64,000 nucleotides of DNA from Octopus bimaculoides. Taxonomy: Eukaryota. The DNA lies in assembly GCF_001194135.2 (NCBI RefSeq), contig NC_068982.1, positions 93,426,885-93,490,884 on the forward strand, written 5' to 3'. The notes beneath the pieces are model-generated. The model was not told the DNA's origin, made no database searches, and saw only the letters and a list, made by a program, of their open reading frames with translations. The position numbers were made by a program, and so were the translations under genes. Below are positions 46,977-61,983 of the stretch, one piece after another. Within the stretch, counting starts at the first letter, position 1, and each line of letters begins with the position of its first letter.

Positions 46977-48984
46977 TTTTTGGGGTTTGGGAAGAGGTAA
47001 GCATAAGCATTTCACAATGATTTTTACATACAAATAAACTCAGCTAGACACTGATTATGCATTCAAACATGTATGCATTCAGATGCTCGCGCTTATAAGT
47101 GTGTGTGCCTGCCATGTGTGTGCACGCACATATGTGAGTCTACACTGAACTTCCCGGCATATAAAACGTACTCTTGCATAGGATACTCCCCTATTTTACG
47201 AGGAGATTTTGTGAAAGGGGGTGGACAAATTTAGTATGTTCCATCATACACTTGTTGAGAGATATTTTAAAGTGGTTTTGGTGGGAGAAATGTGTGATTC
47301 TGTGTAAGTGATTAGTGTATTGTGACAGTATACTGGAATAACTATACATATATCATATACTACATTAGGGGAGAGTACCATAAATCAACGCTACTGTCTC
47401 TCAGATCAACTGTATCTTGATAATATTTTGGTCAAGAGAACTGCCATACAGGATTTGTCTGTGATGTTTTGTGTTTCTACAAATGATCTTCAAGATAACA
47501 CACCACTGCTATGATTTTGTTGTCATCTATTTATTCCAAATAACTGACAGATGGATGAAAGTTTCTGTATGTCATTCTCTATAACCTCCAGCCCATCATA
47601 TCTTATGAGTGGAATAGGATTTGTAGAAAATCCTGTTAGGTGAATTGTACCAGCATATTTCGGAAGTTATGGCCTTGTCAGACTATGTCACTCTGAGAAT
47701 TATGCGAAGGGCATATATGTATGTAGAAAGTTCAGCCAATCACACATTAATTCGAGAGCAAGTAATTCAGGTTATCAAACAACTGAATCATCATTGTTGA
47801 ACAATGAAGATCCACCATCACCTATTTACCTACTCTTTGAGTCATACTTTCATCTACTTGTCCTCTCATTTGAGCAAATGAAGAGGCATGAGAACTCTTT
47901 AGTTTTCCGGATGCAAGGCACCCTTGCTAATGATGATGCCTCAATAAAATTACACCAAGTACACTGTAAAATTATTGGCAAACAAGTAGAGATAATGTAG
48001 GCTCAAAAGAACTCTTTAGTCATGTTCAATACATGTCAACTTCTCAGGTACGGATACCATGATAAAACGTATCTAGTTCAAGGTTAGTGGTTAGTCATCA
48101 CAAGGGCATCCAGCCATAGAAACCAAGCTCAAAATTGAAATTACAAGCAGGACATGGTCTTCTAAACCATCTCAAAGGACAGTAACTCCAAATAAGAACT
48201 GACTTGAATTGTGGTGAAGTGTCCAACCCATGCTGGCATGGAAAGCAAATCTAATTATTATAATGGTGATGATCTGAATGGGAGTTACAGAACTCTTTTA
48301 GTTTCTGGAGTGAACTGCAAGTGCATAAGAACCAGCATGGGGCACATCTGAGATAAGAAAATTTATGAATCATTATTATTGACTTTCACAGTAATGCAAT
48401 TTACATTAAATTACTGTTTTGGTCTTAAGGCTTAAACCACTTCTTTTCATATGGCTTTTTAGAGATTTCTCAGTGAATGGTTTCAAATTTGAATGCAGAT
48501 GAAATTTGTGGATGAGGGATTCTCCAACTCTGATCTAAGGGAAATTGTAGTATTGGCACAGCGATAAAACATAATGAAGCAATACCAAATTAAGGTATGT
48601 AGTGATAATATCCAGTTCTGTGGTTGATTGGTTTGTGTACAAATAGCTTTAACTTTTTCTTCTAAAATATTTTATATTTAGTTTAAAGCTAACTGCAGTT
48701 TCAGTCTCCAATACCAATCTCAATTTTTAATTCCTGTTACTTCCATTGGTTATGTTTCCAGAATTAGCAAACCATAATCTCATACAGGCATATATTTCAA
48801 GCAGATTTCCTAATAATTTGATATTTTTGTTGTTTTCATATTATGGTGACTTATTTATCTAGATAAATAGCAATCCATTGATCATAGTTTCAAACCTGGC
48901 AAAAGTGTTTGCTCAATTTACAAGTAATGTTTCAGCACAAATAGCTAAAGGAAAAAATTTAAAAACAAGAAAACTGCAAGTTAA

Positions 48985-51416
48985 CCTTCTGTCTACCAAT
49001 GGGTCCAATAGACCCATTTCAGTTTTTCCAGTTTCTTTTTCCTATTGTTTATATTATTTGATTCTGCTGATTTCTTATGACTTATTTTTTCTTGACTCTT
49101 TTAGTTCTCAAATGGGAAATTTTCCATATTTTTGTAAAAGCTAGAAAATTTCACTTTATACATTAATTACCATTTGGGTTCATTGGACCCTCAAATTAAA
49201 TTCAGACAATGCACTTGTCATTCTAAACAGAATGAAAGCAGTATCAAATATTATTTTCTTAGATATTCATCAGATATAAAACGGATAAAATTGTGTTCAA
49301 TTTATTTGCTTAATTTTAGATAAAATATGAAAAATTATGAAAATATTCCTGTAAATTTGTGTGGTATTGCATCACCTTCAATCTGCTAGGTTATAGGGTG
49401 AGGCAATATTTCTGTTTGAGGACACAATTCTTACAATATATTGCCTCATCTTTCAGGAGAGAATAAATATGTGAGAGAGCAATATCTGCCTTTAGTCTGC
49501 TATCAAGTTTCATATAGTTCAGTTGTGTTTCCCAATATGCCTAGACGTGAAAACTAAATAACGAAAAGCTTATTGGAATTAGATAAAGAATGGGAAGAAG
49601 ATAGTAGTGATTCCTTCTATTGCTCTGAAGATGATGGTGAAAGTGATTGTGTGCTGGACAGTTTAGGTTCTGTGTCATCAGATGATGAAGATGCTCAAAA
49701 ACAATTATCTGCAAGCCACCCATTTATGAATGAGCAACATGTTTCTAGATACAGACAAGAAGTTTGGCATTCTAATGCTCTTACTCAAGCAGCAGTAAGA
49801 ACTTCATCTTGCGATATTGTGCACCTAGAATGTGAACAATCTTGTTTTGCTAAAAGGTCTTGCGATAGCATTGAAACATGTTTTACTATCTTTATGCGCC
49901 TGAATCTTCTTGAAGTAATTCGTAAATGGACAAATGTTGAAGGTCAGGTTGTTTACAAAGATAAATGGAAGGAAATTGATCACTCTGAAATAAAGAAATT
50001 TATTGGACTGATTATTCTTAAAGGTGTTTATAAATCTAAACATGAAAATGTCATACAGTTATGGAGTCAAGAAGATGGCCACCCAATATTCAACAAAATT
50101 ATGAGCCAGGGAAGATTTCAACAGAGGTTACAAGTATTGCATTTTGATGATGCTAGAGCAAGAAGAAAAAAAGAGAACTGATGATAAATTGGAACCCGTA
50201 AGAGAAATATTTGAAATGTGGATTCAGAATTTGCAAGATGGATATGTTCCAAGCTCATGCATGACAGTTGATGAACAATTAATTTCATTCGGAGGGCACT
50301 ACCCATTCTGAGTATATATTCCTTCAAAACCAGGCAAATATGGAATTAAAATTTGGGTAATATGTGAAACATCTTATGTCTGGAAAATGCAAATCTACAC
50401 TGGAAAAATCTCAGAATAAGGGAGATTGACAAATCAAGGTCCAAGATTTATTGAAGACCTAGTAAAAGAACTTGAAAATACTGGTCACAATATAACTTGT
50501 GATAATTTTTTAACAAGTCTAGGATTGGTTCGAAAGCTGCTTAGCAAGAAAACTACTTTAGCTGGAACAATTAGAAAGAACAAAGTTGAACTTTCAAGTG
50601 CTTTCACAAATGGAAAAGAAAGAGAAATCAACAGCACAATATTTGGATTTCAAAAGGATTCTATGATCATATCTTATTGTCCCAAGGAAAATTATGGAGT
50701 CACACTTGTGAGTACAATGCACTCTCAGCCTTCAATTGATTCAAAAAGTGCTGAAAAGAAACCTGAAGTTATTACATGTTACAACAAAGCATAAGCTGGT
50801 AAGGACATACACTTGATAAAGAATGACTCAAAGATAGCCTATGGTGATATTCTACAACATGATTGATATAAGTGCAGTGAATGCTTTCATTGTTGCTAAA
50901 CAGCTTCACTTGCACAGTTTCAAGGATAAAAGAAAACAGTGCCTGATTCAGTTAGGAAAGGAACTTGCTGGAGTCAATGCTAAACAATCTTCTAGTTCTG
51001 CTAACATCTCTCAACCAAACAAGAAAAGAAGACGATCTTCAACTTCATTTGAGATTCCTCAGCCAAAGGAAAAGGAAGATGTTCTTTGCGTGGCCCAAAA
51101 GAAAGATAGGAAAACTCGTACAACATATAAGAATTTTACTATCCATGTTGCCAAGAACATTCCAATGTTGTCTGCATTCACTGCCATAAAGAGCTGTAAT
51201 TCTGTAGTTTTGTAATTTTTAAAATTTATAAAATATTCTGTAAGCTGTAATTTGTTATTAAAATTTGTGAGAAACAGTAATTCTTCATTCACCTGATAGC
51301 ATACATATTGTAGCTAAGAAATAGTGATAGTTTGAATAAAATTTAATTAAATGAAAAATATTGGGTCCATTGAACTCAGTAATTAGTGACATGCATTTTC
51401 TCTGGTAGACCAAAAG
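48985..51416 (+). mobile_element. piggyBac transposon, decayed
   Basis: TTAA at 48981-48984 and 51417-51420; degenerate TIR CCTTCTGTCTACC / GGTAGACCAAAAG; subterminal GGGTCCA(A/T)T repeats. Confidence 0.85.
49573..51200 (+). pseudogene. piggyBac (PGBD4-like) transposase pseudogene
   Basis: TVDEQL, YIPSKPGKYGIKIW, NITCDNFLTS, LAGTIRKNK; stops and frameshifts. Confidence 0.9.
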
Positions 51417-52309
51417 TTAATACAGTTAAGTGGTTGAGTTTGCTGAAGATTTATATCTGGTTTTGAAGACACATGTATTGTAAGTTATCACAGAAAAAAA
51501 ATTATATTCAGAGAAATGTTGCACAACAGATAATCTCTCCACAGGTGTTCCCTTCTCTTGTTAAACTCTTCCTTAGACAACATCACAATGTCACCTTGTG
51601 TTTAGTCGCATGCTAGGAAGAAATATGAACAGTTCAAAGACCTAGATTTTTATTCCCAACAGAAAGGTGTATACTTTATATTCTTTTATTAACCCTTTTG
51701 ATACCAACCCATCTAAGATCAACTTGGGTTCTGGGATACAAAGCTCATATTTTTAAGTAATCAAGACTAAAATCTTCCATTCAAATTTCATGTTAATTTA
51801 TATTTTCTACATCAACTTACTAATGACAAGGTTATTTTACTAATGTCTTTATAATTTTTGAAATTTAATTCAACAAAGGCAATATATTTTAATGTGTGTA
51901 TGTAATTTATTTCCTGTCTTATATGAAAATATATCAGGCCAAGGGGAAATATTACCTTACTTGGAAACTGATGAGGATTAATAACAGGTAGGGTATTCAG
52001 CCATAGGAAATCTACCTCAACAAATTCCACCTAACTCAGATCAATATAGAAACACGGATGTTAAAATGATGATGATGATGTTGGTAATATATATATGATA
52101 ACTTGTGGTGTATGATATTTTGCGGCACATTTATCCATAGTGTTGTTGTTGTTGTTAGTGTTATTATTATCATCATCATTATTATGTATATGTGATATTT
52201 TTGGATATAAGATATTGTATGTGCATATTTCAAAATATTAAGAATTTTTGTATGTGTATAATATATTATCATATGTATAAGATATGTTTTGAAATGTGTA
52301 TGAAATCAT

Positions 52310-52575
52310 CATCATCGTCATCATTTTAAAATAAATTTTTCCATGCTTGCATGAGTCAAACAGAATTGACTGTAGCAGATGTCCTTTCCATCATCAACTA
52401 TCACCTGTTTGCAACCAAGGCAGTGTTTTCCCCCCGGCTGGACGTTTTCACGGAAGATTGGAAATGAAAAGCACACACATACACAACAGGCTTTGATCAT
52501 CTTGGGACTATAACAGAATATACTTGCCCAGGGTACCACGCAGTGAGACTGAACCCCAAGATTAAGTAGTTGGGA
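52310..52575 (-). mobile_element. CORE-like tRNA SINE with RTE-type (GAT)n tail, degraded
   Basis: On -, GGTTCAGTCTCACTGCGTGGTACCCTGGGCAAG; tail CATGGAAAA..ATGATGACGATG. Confidence 0.55.
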
Positions 52576-53546
52576 ATGGAATCTACTTTTATGGAATATA
52601 TATGTTTCATATGTATATGATATTTCATGTTATGTATACATTATGTGTATATATTTTGCAGGCATACTTTGACCAGAAGGCTCTAGAGTGAAAATCTTTT
52701 GTACCAAAAACTAAAACAAGTGCTGCTTGTTATACAATACTAGGATAATGTACCAATATTTGTATAATTCCCAGCACTTTAATTTCATCAACGAATGGGC
52801 TTCAGAGCTTCAACTTTCTGATCACACATCCTCTACTAATAGGATTTTAATTGGGAGAGCTTGTGGACTTGTGACCAGCTTAATGTGAGGTGAGTAGCAC
52901 AAATGAAAATACTTGTAATTGTTTATGTATCTTGAATAATAAAATAATGTAATAGGCACTATTGCATGGTATACATACGTAGGTATCAATACTTTGCTGA
53001 GGGGGTCCGATAATATTGAAACATTTGAAGTTGTCCACCCTTGATATCAAAGAACAGAGACTCACTTTCTTCTCTTACATATCTCAATTTAATTGTTCTT
53101 GGATTGAAATTTTCAGAGGTTTCTCCCTTGCTCCTTCTGAAAACAATTTTTATTCATACTAATGACTTTTCTTTTCATAAGAGTTATAATTTCAATTAAT
53201 TAAAAATCACTTTGCAGCTTGCCACATAATGAATAATTGTCTGCCCTTAACTGTATGCTTCTTATGCAGAAAGCAACATTAGGAAAGTTTCCAATATCAT
53301 GTGTTTATAAACACTATTGGTAAATGTGATATACAACTGAATATTATATAAAGTAGTAAGGAAACAGTAGCATATGATTGTATGATACTTGTATTCTAAC
53401 AGTCATATTTTTCTTTTTCTTTTCCTGTCACTTCATTGTTCATGGCTCTGTGCCACTATTTTCACACTCAACACCATGTGGTAGTGGTACTGAGTGCTAA
53501 AAAAAAAAACAATCACAAGGATATTAACAGCTTAGCTCATTGACTC

Positions 53547-53584
<38 letters not shown>

Positions 53585-56500
53585 TTATAAATATTAATAA
53601 ATTATAGTAATTTTTTAAAACTGATTTATCAAATAGATTTTTCTCACTTTGTATAAAACCACAAGTGAGAAGGTTTATTTTTGGGGCAATTGTTTTTACA
53701 GTTGATAAAACAATGATGATGATTCCTTTCCTGTAAAGTACCAGTGGGGAGAGAGAGAGTGTGTGTGTGTGTGTATGTGTGTGTGTGTGTGTGTGAGGAA
53801 TGTCATGGCTACATCAGAAACTAAACTTACAACTCACTTCAATAGCACATCAAGGCATGTAATTTATTTATCAAAATACATAATTTTATCAAAACTTTAT
53901 TTCTCTGGACATATTGTACTGATATAGTGCATTTTAAAAAATATACGGCTGTAACTATAATGTTATTTTGAAGTGAAAAGTGCAAACTAATGTTTAAATC
54001 ATGTAGTGATTGACTTGTCCAAGTTGAAGCACTATCTGGTAGCTTGTTTATTATATTTAAGGATTACAAAGTTTCTTGAGCACCTCATTTATGAGGCTCA
54101 TTCACTTGAAGTCGGCATGGGTTCAAAAGACTCAACTGAGGACAACAATATTGTCAGTGTATGCATTTAACAGCTATACATCATGATGGACTATATAGAG
54201 GTAATGGCTTACTCCTCCTCATAAGCCTTAACCCACAACAAACTGGTAGATTTAAGAAAATCCTTCATAAGTTCTTTAAAGACTTGGAGTTTTCTTACTG
54301 TAAAATAACTTAAAGCTCTGAACATTTTAGAAACCTTTCAAGAAAAACAGAAAAAAGTTCAGATGCATACATAAATCCACTGATAACCCAGAAAGCATAT
54401 TCATTTAGGTTCTTGAACCTTTCATCTAATAAGGTAGTACCTGAAATTTCAACATTTTATAATACTGTGAAATTTCAACATTTTATAATATTGCACTAAA
54501 GAATAGAAACTGCAAAGACAGAATGAATTAAAATACACAAACCAAACTATTTGACACAAAAAATTACCATCTGGTTTAATCCACCAATCAACCCACAATG
54601 GTTCACCATCATAGCTTTTCTTTTCTTTAAATTTCTATTAAAACACTCCCCTCCAAATCATAGATATCACAAGTTAATCGACAAGCACAAATAAAAATAT
54701 CATTCTCTATGACTTAAAAAAAAAAACAGTAAGGAGTCTAGTTCTAGCAATTTTAATCTGATACCTTGTTCTACTAATTGCAGTTGCATGAATCCTTCAG
54801 CCTATCCTTTAAACAGAAACTGTTTTCTATCAAAGAACCTAGTATATGACTACAGTAGTCACTATTGCAACACACACATCCAACTTCATGTACTACAAAT
54901 TCTCCCATACATCTAATAACCAGTTCTTTGTGTAGCTATTTATGGTCTTTGAAATCAAGCAACATCCCCAGTTTTATCAATTGGAAAACACACATTTCCA
55001 GCCTTTCTAAGCCTATAATAGACTGTTATATACTTCTGAACCCTTTCAAATTCCCTACTCTAAAACAAACCACCTTACCTGTAACACTGAGTTGGTCTCC
55101 CTTCATACAAACACAAAATCTTCAAATAAATTGCATCTCTTCTAATTCAGCTAGACCTACAGCCTATAATCCTAATTTCTTCATGTTAAGTCTTCCCACA
55201 TTCCACCAACCTTGTGTCTTACCTTCCACTCATCCTTGATATATGCATGTTGATTACATGATTTTATGGCAAAGGTTGCATGTATGTCTATTCTCTCATT
55301 TGTATGCCTACAACTAAATGCTTATATGTGTAAATATAGGTGTGTGCACTTGTATAAGTGAAGGCATACATTTCTACATGAACTAATATTTGCAGTGGTT
55401 TGGGATAAGCAAATGAATATGTATCTGTGTCTGTAAATACATGTTTGCACTTACATGTATGTGTGTGCATATATGTATGTGTACATATGCACATGCAATA
55501 AAGACATGACTATGTTCAAGTTTGATCTTTTTATTAAAGATTTCTTTTTGTATTTTCTTTTTTAGCTCTTTATATTCAGTTTCAAACAAATGTGTTCCGA
55601 AATCCATTAGTTTTCTCAGACCTTCCCTGTTTCATTCTCAAAGCAAAATGATGGCAATAATGCTGTGTTGTTTGTAGTAGGTTGGAAAGGATGGCAGAAA
55701 TACTTTTATAACTGATAAAATCACCAACGCTGGGTTTAAAAATCATTTAATGGTCAATCCTGGTAGAATTCATGATGTATTTTACATATGTTTTATCTGT
55801 GTGTTTAAAACCTAATAACTTTCCATGGTCCATAATCTCCAAGAAAGACTTGCCAACACTATAAAGTACAAACTGGATAGGTACAGTATACAGTCATCTG
55901 ATAAGTTCTTTGAAATTCTACTGGAAACTGAGAAAGTTGGAAAAATTTCCCTCATGAACATCAAAAGTTTATCAATGTCCACTTATGGAAATTATAAACA
56001 TAATTATGGATGACATATACATACACTATACAATAAAACCACCTGTTATTGCATGAAACATAAGTTTCTATTGGCCTGCATATGAAGTTCTCTTCAGCTA
56101 TCTTCAAGGTAATCTATACATCTAGAAGGATAGAGTGGTATTGGATTTTAAATTCATATCTGCATTCAAGGCATTCTACATGGCTAGCACAGAAAACAAA
56201 GTTGTTCCCATTAAGTACATTAGTGATATATTTATTATAACAGGTACAGACAAACAGATTGATAGGCTTAAATATGAACTTCAAAAAGCTCTATCCTTAA
56301 ATTTTTGATCCAGCATAGCTCCAACATATATTCAGACTCTATCACTGCTTCATTCTTATATAAAGTGACAAAGAAATAAAGAACAATATATAAAGCACTT
56401 CAGTTTATATAAAATACATGAAAAAATGCTTATGTAAACATGGTAACAGTGAATGCCCCCATAAATATAAAATCTGTTGACAAATCTCTTTTAAGTTAAG

Positions 56501-56852
56501 TTTTTAAATTTACATACACAAAAGAAACCTTTAGCATAAAACAAACACTAGCTAATAATGGGTAATAATGAATAATTAATGACCCAAGCCATAAAATAAT
56601 AACAAATCTCCCCACACTGTTACAACAGATGCAACATCTATTAAAAATACACAAACCACATCCTATACTGCTAAAAATTAATTCAATCTGGTTATAAAAT
56701 GGATAAATATGTCATTAGAAAACTATTATACCTCTACATACATGTGTATTTTATTTGTACATATAATATATTATATAGCTCAACAAATTCTGTCTAATCA
56801 TTGAAGCATAGGAAAGTTAAAGTTAAAACAATAGCATTGATGACAATATGTT

Positions 56853-56902
<50 letters not shown>

Positions 56903-57039
56903 TATACAAGAGATGTAGTGGAATCACAAACAGGCTAACAGAGAAAGCATGCTTTGTATATAGCATATGCAATGGGAGCAATAACCACCAAGAACACTGA
57001 TTTACTTAAATACTAGGTTGGCTCACAAGTAGTGGATAG

Positions 57040-58870
57040 TTTTAAATACCTAAGTGACATAATTAGCAGTGGAGGTGGTTGCTCCAAAAGTACAAAAGCT
57101 GGGGTAGAACTGGTTGGAAAATTTCTTGGATCTACTACTTTTGCTGGCAACAGAGTCCTTCCTCCTTGAAAGTGAAGAGGAATATGTAATATTTGTGTTC
57201 AAAATGCAATGCTGCATGAAATACAAAGATGTTCTGTCAACCATTTTGGCATCACTTATTTGGCGTTGTTGATTCAATGCTCACTTATTTGACATCAACC
57301 ATTTTAATATGTATATATTTCTGTGCATGCGTGCATGCATTTGCCTCCAGTACCAAAAAGTACTATCACTAAAACAGGCTGAATGTCTAGTCAGCTGCCA
57401 AGTTATCTGCCTCAAATCAGCTACACTAAGTCATCTCAAGTGGTGGTGGTGNNNNNNNNNNNNGGGGGGGGGGGTTGTAGATACAGCACACATAGAGCAT
57501 GAGGAAATTGAGAGATGTATAGTGGTTGAGGAGCAGAGATAATTTAGTGGCTCAATGGATGTGTGTGATCAATGTTAAGAGTGGACAGAGAGAACAGTAT
57601 TAATGAATGGAGTATAATTAATAAATAAAAAGGTTTTGAGGAGTAAAATAAGTGGAAGAGCTTAGTTAGGGAGATGATGAGTGCTGGGAATGCTTTGAAG
57701 AGGAAATTAAGCAAAAGGCCCACTTGTGCACGTATATACATACATCGCACTTCCCGGACTTTGTTTTACCAAGGTAGGTGAGTCTTCTTGAGAACAACAT
57801 TTCACCAGTCATCCCCATCCTTTGTCATTTCTGAGTTTCAAGGTCCTGAGATCAACCTTCATCACTCTGTCCCATGTCTTCTTGGCTCTTCTTGAACTTT
57901 CTCGAACCTAGTCTTGCTTTTACTACTATACTTTCAGAGCAAATACCTGCATTGCTAATTACATATCCTTGGTAACAAAAGCAATCAGTTACTTCTAGTG
58001 GGCCACCCAAGCATTTAAAAAAAAAAATCTATTTCTAGTGTACTTAGTGTATGTTTTGCTCCAGACATGACAAGAAAATCTGGAATCAAAGGGCCTCAAA
58101 GTTTAGGATCCTGCAACTGTCAGGGAAATAGCCTTGCTTCATATGCAGAAAAGGAGGGGATAGAAATTCAATATGGTGTACCCAATGCACATTATAGATG
58201 CAGATGATGTGCAGTGGAATCAAAGGTATGTTAAAAGAGAGGGCAGACTACCTGTGGCACATGCACAGAAGCAATAAACTTTTAAGAGCACAAGGAAAGC
58301 AAATGCCCCCAAATTTTCAGGAGGAACATTTGAGGTGGTAAATAACTTTTATTTAGGTAACTTAATGAGCAGTGGTGGAGGATGGTCAGAATAATATAGT
58401 AGCCAGAGTAAGAACAGGTGGAAGAAAGTTCGGGGAGGTATTACTTTTGTTGGTAGCAAAAGGTTTATTCCTCAGACTGAAAATCTGAATTATGCTTGCA
58501 TACAAACTGCAATACTATATTGTAATGAGATATGTGTTCTGAATGCACAGGGTCTGCAAAGGCTAGAAAGAAAAGAATTAAGCATGCTCTATTGAATGTT
58601 CAATGCCAGTGTGCATGATTGGAGTACAAATGTGTTTAGAGAAAAACTAAGTATAAAAGGAATAAGATGTAGTGTACAAGACAGATGTTAGGCATATTGG
58701 TGAGGATAACTATATAAAGAAGTGCCAATGGGGTTCACAGAAAGAGGAAGACACAGAAAGATATGGTGTGAGATGGAGAAGGTAGATCTCAGGATTTTCA
58801 GTCTCACTGAAGAGATGACAAAGGACCAGAATGACTAGCAATGCTTGAGAAGACCCATCCAACCATGTTA
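57040..58870 (+). mobile_element. Old RTE LINE fragments
   Basis: LSDIISSGGGCS.. at ~57050 and EVVNNF..SSGGG..LQRLERKE..REKLSIKGIRCSVQ at ~58330-58700. Confidence 0.65.
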
Positions 58871-61144
58871 GAAGGTTGTGTCCAGGGCTCTCAAAGTGTA
58901 ATGTACATGCATACTATGCACACAACTGTGTCCCCTTCATTCCACCCAGACCTGAGCCACTTCCTATTGACATTCATTCCTCGTTCTTACCATTGACACC
59001 CGTTACCCACCTTTGTTAGTATCCATCTTTTACACTTGCCCCTTCACAATATCTAACATCACCCTTCATTACCCTATCAATCTCCTCTTCATCACTCTCT
59101 TATCTACTGTATTATTCTGCTGGTGTAAGAAATGAAAGCAAAATCTGCTACTCTACCATGTCACCTTCTCTGCACTGCTAGTCACTACTCAATCTCTTCT
59201 GTGCTTCACCCAACCAGCATCCAACACTCCTTTTTATTGTACTCCACCCTTGTTCACCATTCACCATGTACATCCCTTATTTACATCTGACTGCCTCCAC
59301 ATCTTGTTTTATATTCACTTCACTCTACTCCCACATTCTTACTTCCTTGCTTACCAACCTTTCTGATTTTTCAGTATGCATGTTCTTGTCTTTTTATCTC
59401 TTGGTCATGTTACATGTAGGTACATTCTGGTACCTCATCATTCAATATTTACCTTTGTTTGGGTTCCATTCCAGCCTCAATGATCCACCTACGTAAAATG
59501 CAGGGTAGACGTGAATCTTCTCAACACCTTGCTTAATGTGACCTCTCTGTCTCCTATCCACCATCTGTTTAGTTTTTCAAATTACAAGGTGACCTCATAA
59601 GTGCTGGTGTCACAAAAAATGCACTCAATACATTTCATTAAGTAGCTTGCCTTATGAAGGGCTGTAGAAGTCATACAAAAACTGGAACACTGGAAAAGTA
59701 CATAGTTTTCTGACTTGCTGGATTCCACCAAAACCTCCAAGCCTTGCCAGCATGGAAAGTGGACATAAAATGATAATCCTGATATATTTTACATGTGTGT
59801 GTGTGTGTGTGTGTGTCATTTGTGTATTTTTCATGCTGGCATGCATTAGATGATGAGCCAGAGGACTGTACCAAGCTACACTGTCTGCTTTGGTTGGATG
59901 CCCTTTCTAACACCAACCATTGTACAATGGGTACTGGGTGCTTTTTCATGTGACACCAGCAGCAGCAAGGTAACCAAATAACTTGAAACATAAGACCCCT
60001 CATTCAAGGGGGATAGCATTGAAGAAGGTGGCTTTGTGTCAGATGAGGGATTAGAGTATGAGAGATGAATAGAAACAGATGTCTTTAAGTAGAGGAGATA
60101 CATGGCTATGAAAAAGGAGAAGAGAAAGAGAGAGATGGTGAAGATCTATTGGGGCACACCCTCAAGTGAAAAGAAGGGATATATAAGTGAAGTGGTACAA
60201 AGGACTGGATCAAGTAAGAGGGCTGGAAAATTTACAAAAGGAGAGTGAGAGATAACGGAGAGGAGAATGCAGTAAATGAACACAGGTGAAGGGAATAAGT
60301 GTTAAGAACATCACTCCCTTTGTTGTCGGGAAGCGAAACAAGCTGTGTGCAGGTAAGTTTACTAAAGTGGGTGAGTGGGAGATAGGGTAGGGGAATGCAG
60401 TGAGTGGTGAACATGGGTGAAGCAGGGAATACTAGAAAGATGAATTGTAGTGGAGAGAGACACAGATGTGAATGGCATGCCTTTAGGGCCACATGTTTTC
60501 TTAAAGGTACAGGTCTTCCAAAGCACAGCAAATAACCAATCCTTTCTTCTGTCAGACTCAATGTCAAAGGGTCATTTTTCATTACTTTATCCTATGTCTT
60601 CCACAGTCTTTTTGTGTTTGTGTACACATATGTCTATATATATGTATATAGAGAAAAATATATCAGAAATATATCTGTACATACAGAAATATATCTGTAC
60701 ATACAGAAATATATCTGTATTCTTTTACTGATTTCAGCCAGTGACTGTGGCCATGCTGGGGCACAACCATTAGTGTTAACGATTACTTGTTTCAAACTCA
60801 TTTCCCAGCTGTCTTTCCAGAATTGGTTCCAGTGAAGCAGTGAGTTGGACAAAACTGCCCTTCTTTGAGCTTCTTGCTTGTTGGTACGTCTAGATTCTCA
60901 AATAAAATTTTGTCTAAATGTTCTGTGAGCACATCCACAATTATACTTTATAGATTTCTGAGGCTTTTTGGAAACATCGGAAAGCTGTGAGCTATTGAAC
61001 CTTAAGCCATTACATTATTGGGCTCTTACTTTAGCTGGAGAGGGCAGGATCTTTAGTACTATGCAATGGCACCCAGTTTGGTGGCTGGTATAGTTTTCTA
61101 TCCCCACACTGGATATTAAGCCATCTAGGATTATCCATATATAT

Positions 61145-61981
61145 ATCATCATTATCATCATCGTTTGACGTCTGTTTTCCATGCTGGCGTAGGTTGGATG
61201 GTTTGACTGAGGACTGGCAAGCCAGTAGGCTGCATCAGGCTCCTATCTGATCTGGTAAGGGTTCTACAGCTGGATGTCCTTCCTAACACCAACCACTCCA
61301 AGAGTGTAGTGGGTGCTTTTTACATGCCATTGGCATGGGAGCTAGTCACGTGGCACTAGCATTGGCCACGACTACAATTTTACTTGACTCAACAGGTTTT
61401 CTTTAGCACAGCACATCAAGGGTACTTGTAAATGGGCTGGTTATGCAACACTGGTATTCAAGGGTACTTTTAAATGGGCTGGTTATGCAACACTGGTATT
61501 CAAGGGTACTTTTAAGTGGGCTGGTTATGCAGCACTGGTATTGGCCACAGTAGCAATCTCACTTTAATTGCTGGTTCTTCTCAGTCACAACATATCTCCA
61601 AAGGTCTCTGTCTCCTGTCTTTACCTCTGTGAGGCCCAACGTTCAAAGGTCATGCTTTATCACTTCATCCCAGGTCTTCCCAGGTCTACCTCTTCCACAG
61701 ATTCCTTCCACTGTTAGGGTATTACACTTCTTCACACAGCTGTCTTCATCCATACACAGCACATGGCCGCAGTCATCTCTCTTGCACACCACATCTGATG
61801 CTTCTTATATCCAACTTTTCTCTCAGAGCACTTACACTCTGTCGTGTGTGCACACTGACATTACACATCCAGCAGATCATACTAGCTTCATTTCTTTCAA
61901 GCCTATGCATGTCCTCAGCAGTCATGGCCCATGTTTCACTGCCATGTAGTATGGTTGCTTGCACACAAGCATCATACAGTC
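61145..61981 (-). mobile_element. RTE LINE 3' end (downstream of the mariner insertion)
   Basis: LYDACVQATILHGSETWAMTAEDMHRLERNEASM; 3' tail CATGGAAAACAGACGTCAAACGATGATG. Confidence 0.9.
61417..61542. repeat. 42-bp tandem repeat x3
   Basis: CAAGGGTACTTTTAAATGGGCTGGTTATGCAACACTGGTATT units start at 61417, 61459 and 61501. Confidence 0.9.
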
Positions 61982-61983
61982 TA

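Larger units (their letters stand above)
46489..55762 (+). pseudogene. Unidentified multi-exon pseudogene (candidate exons 46489-46547, 47182-47303, 47592-47639, 48020-48047, 48499-48594, 52662-52889, 54062-54200, 55644-~55762)
   Basis: Canonical AG/GT ends, reading phase kept across consecutive junctions, protein-like translation interrupted by in-frame stops; product not recognised. Confidence 0.45.
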
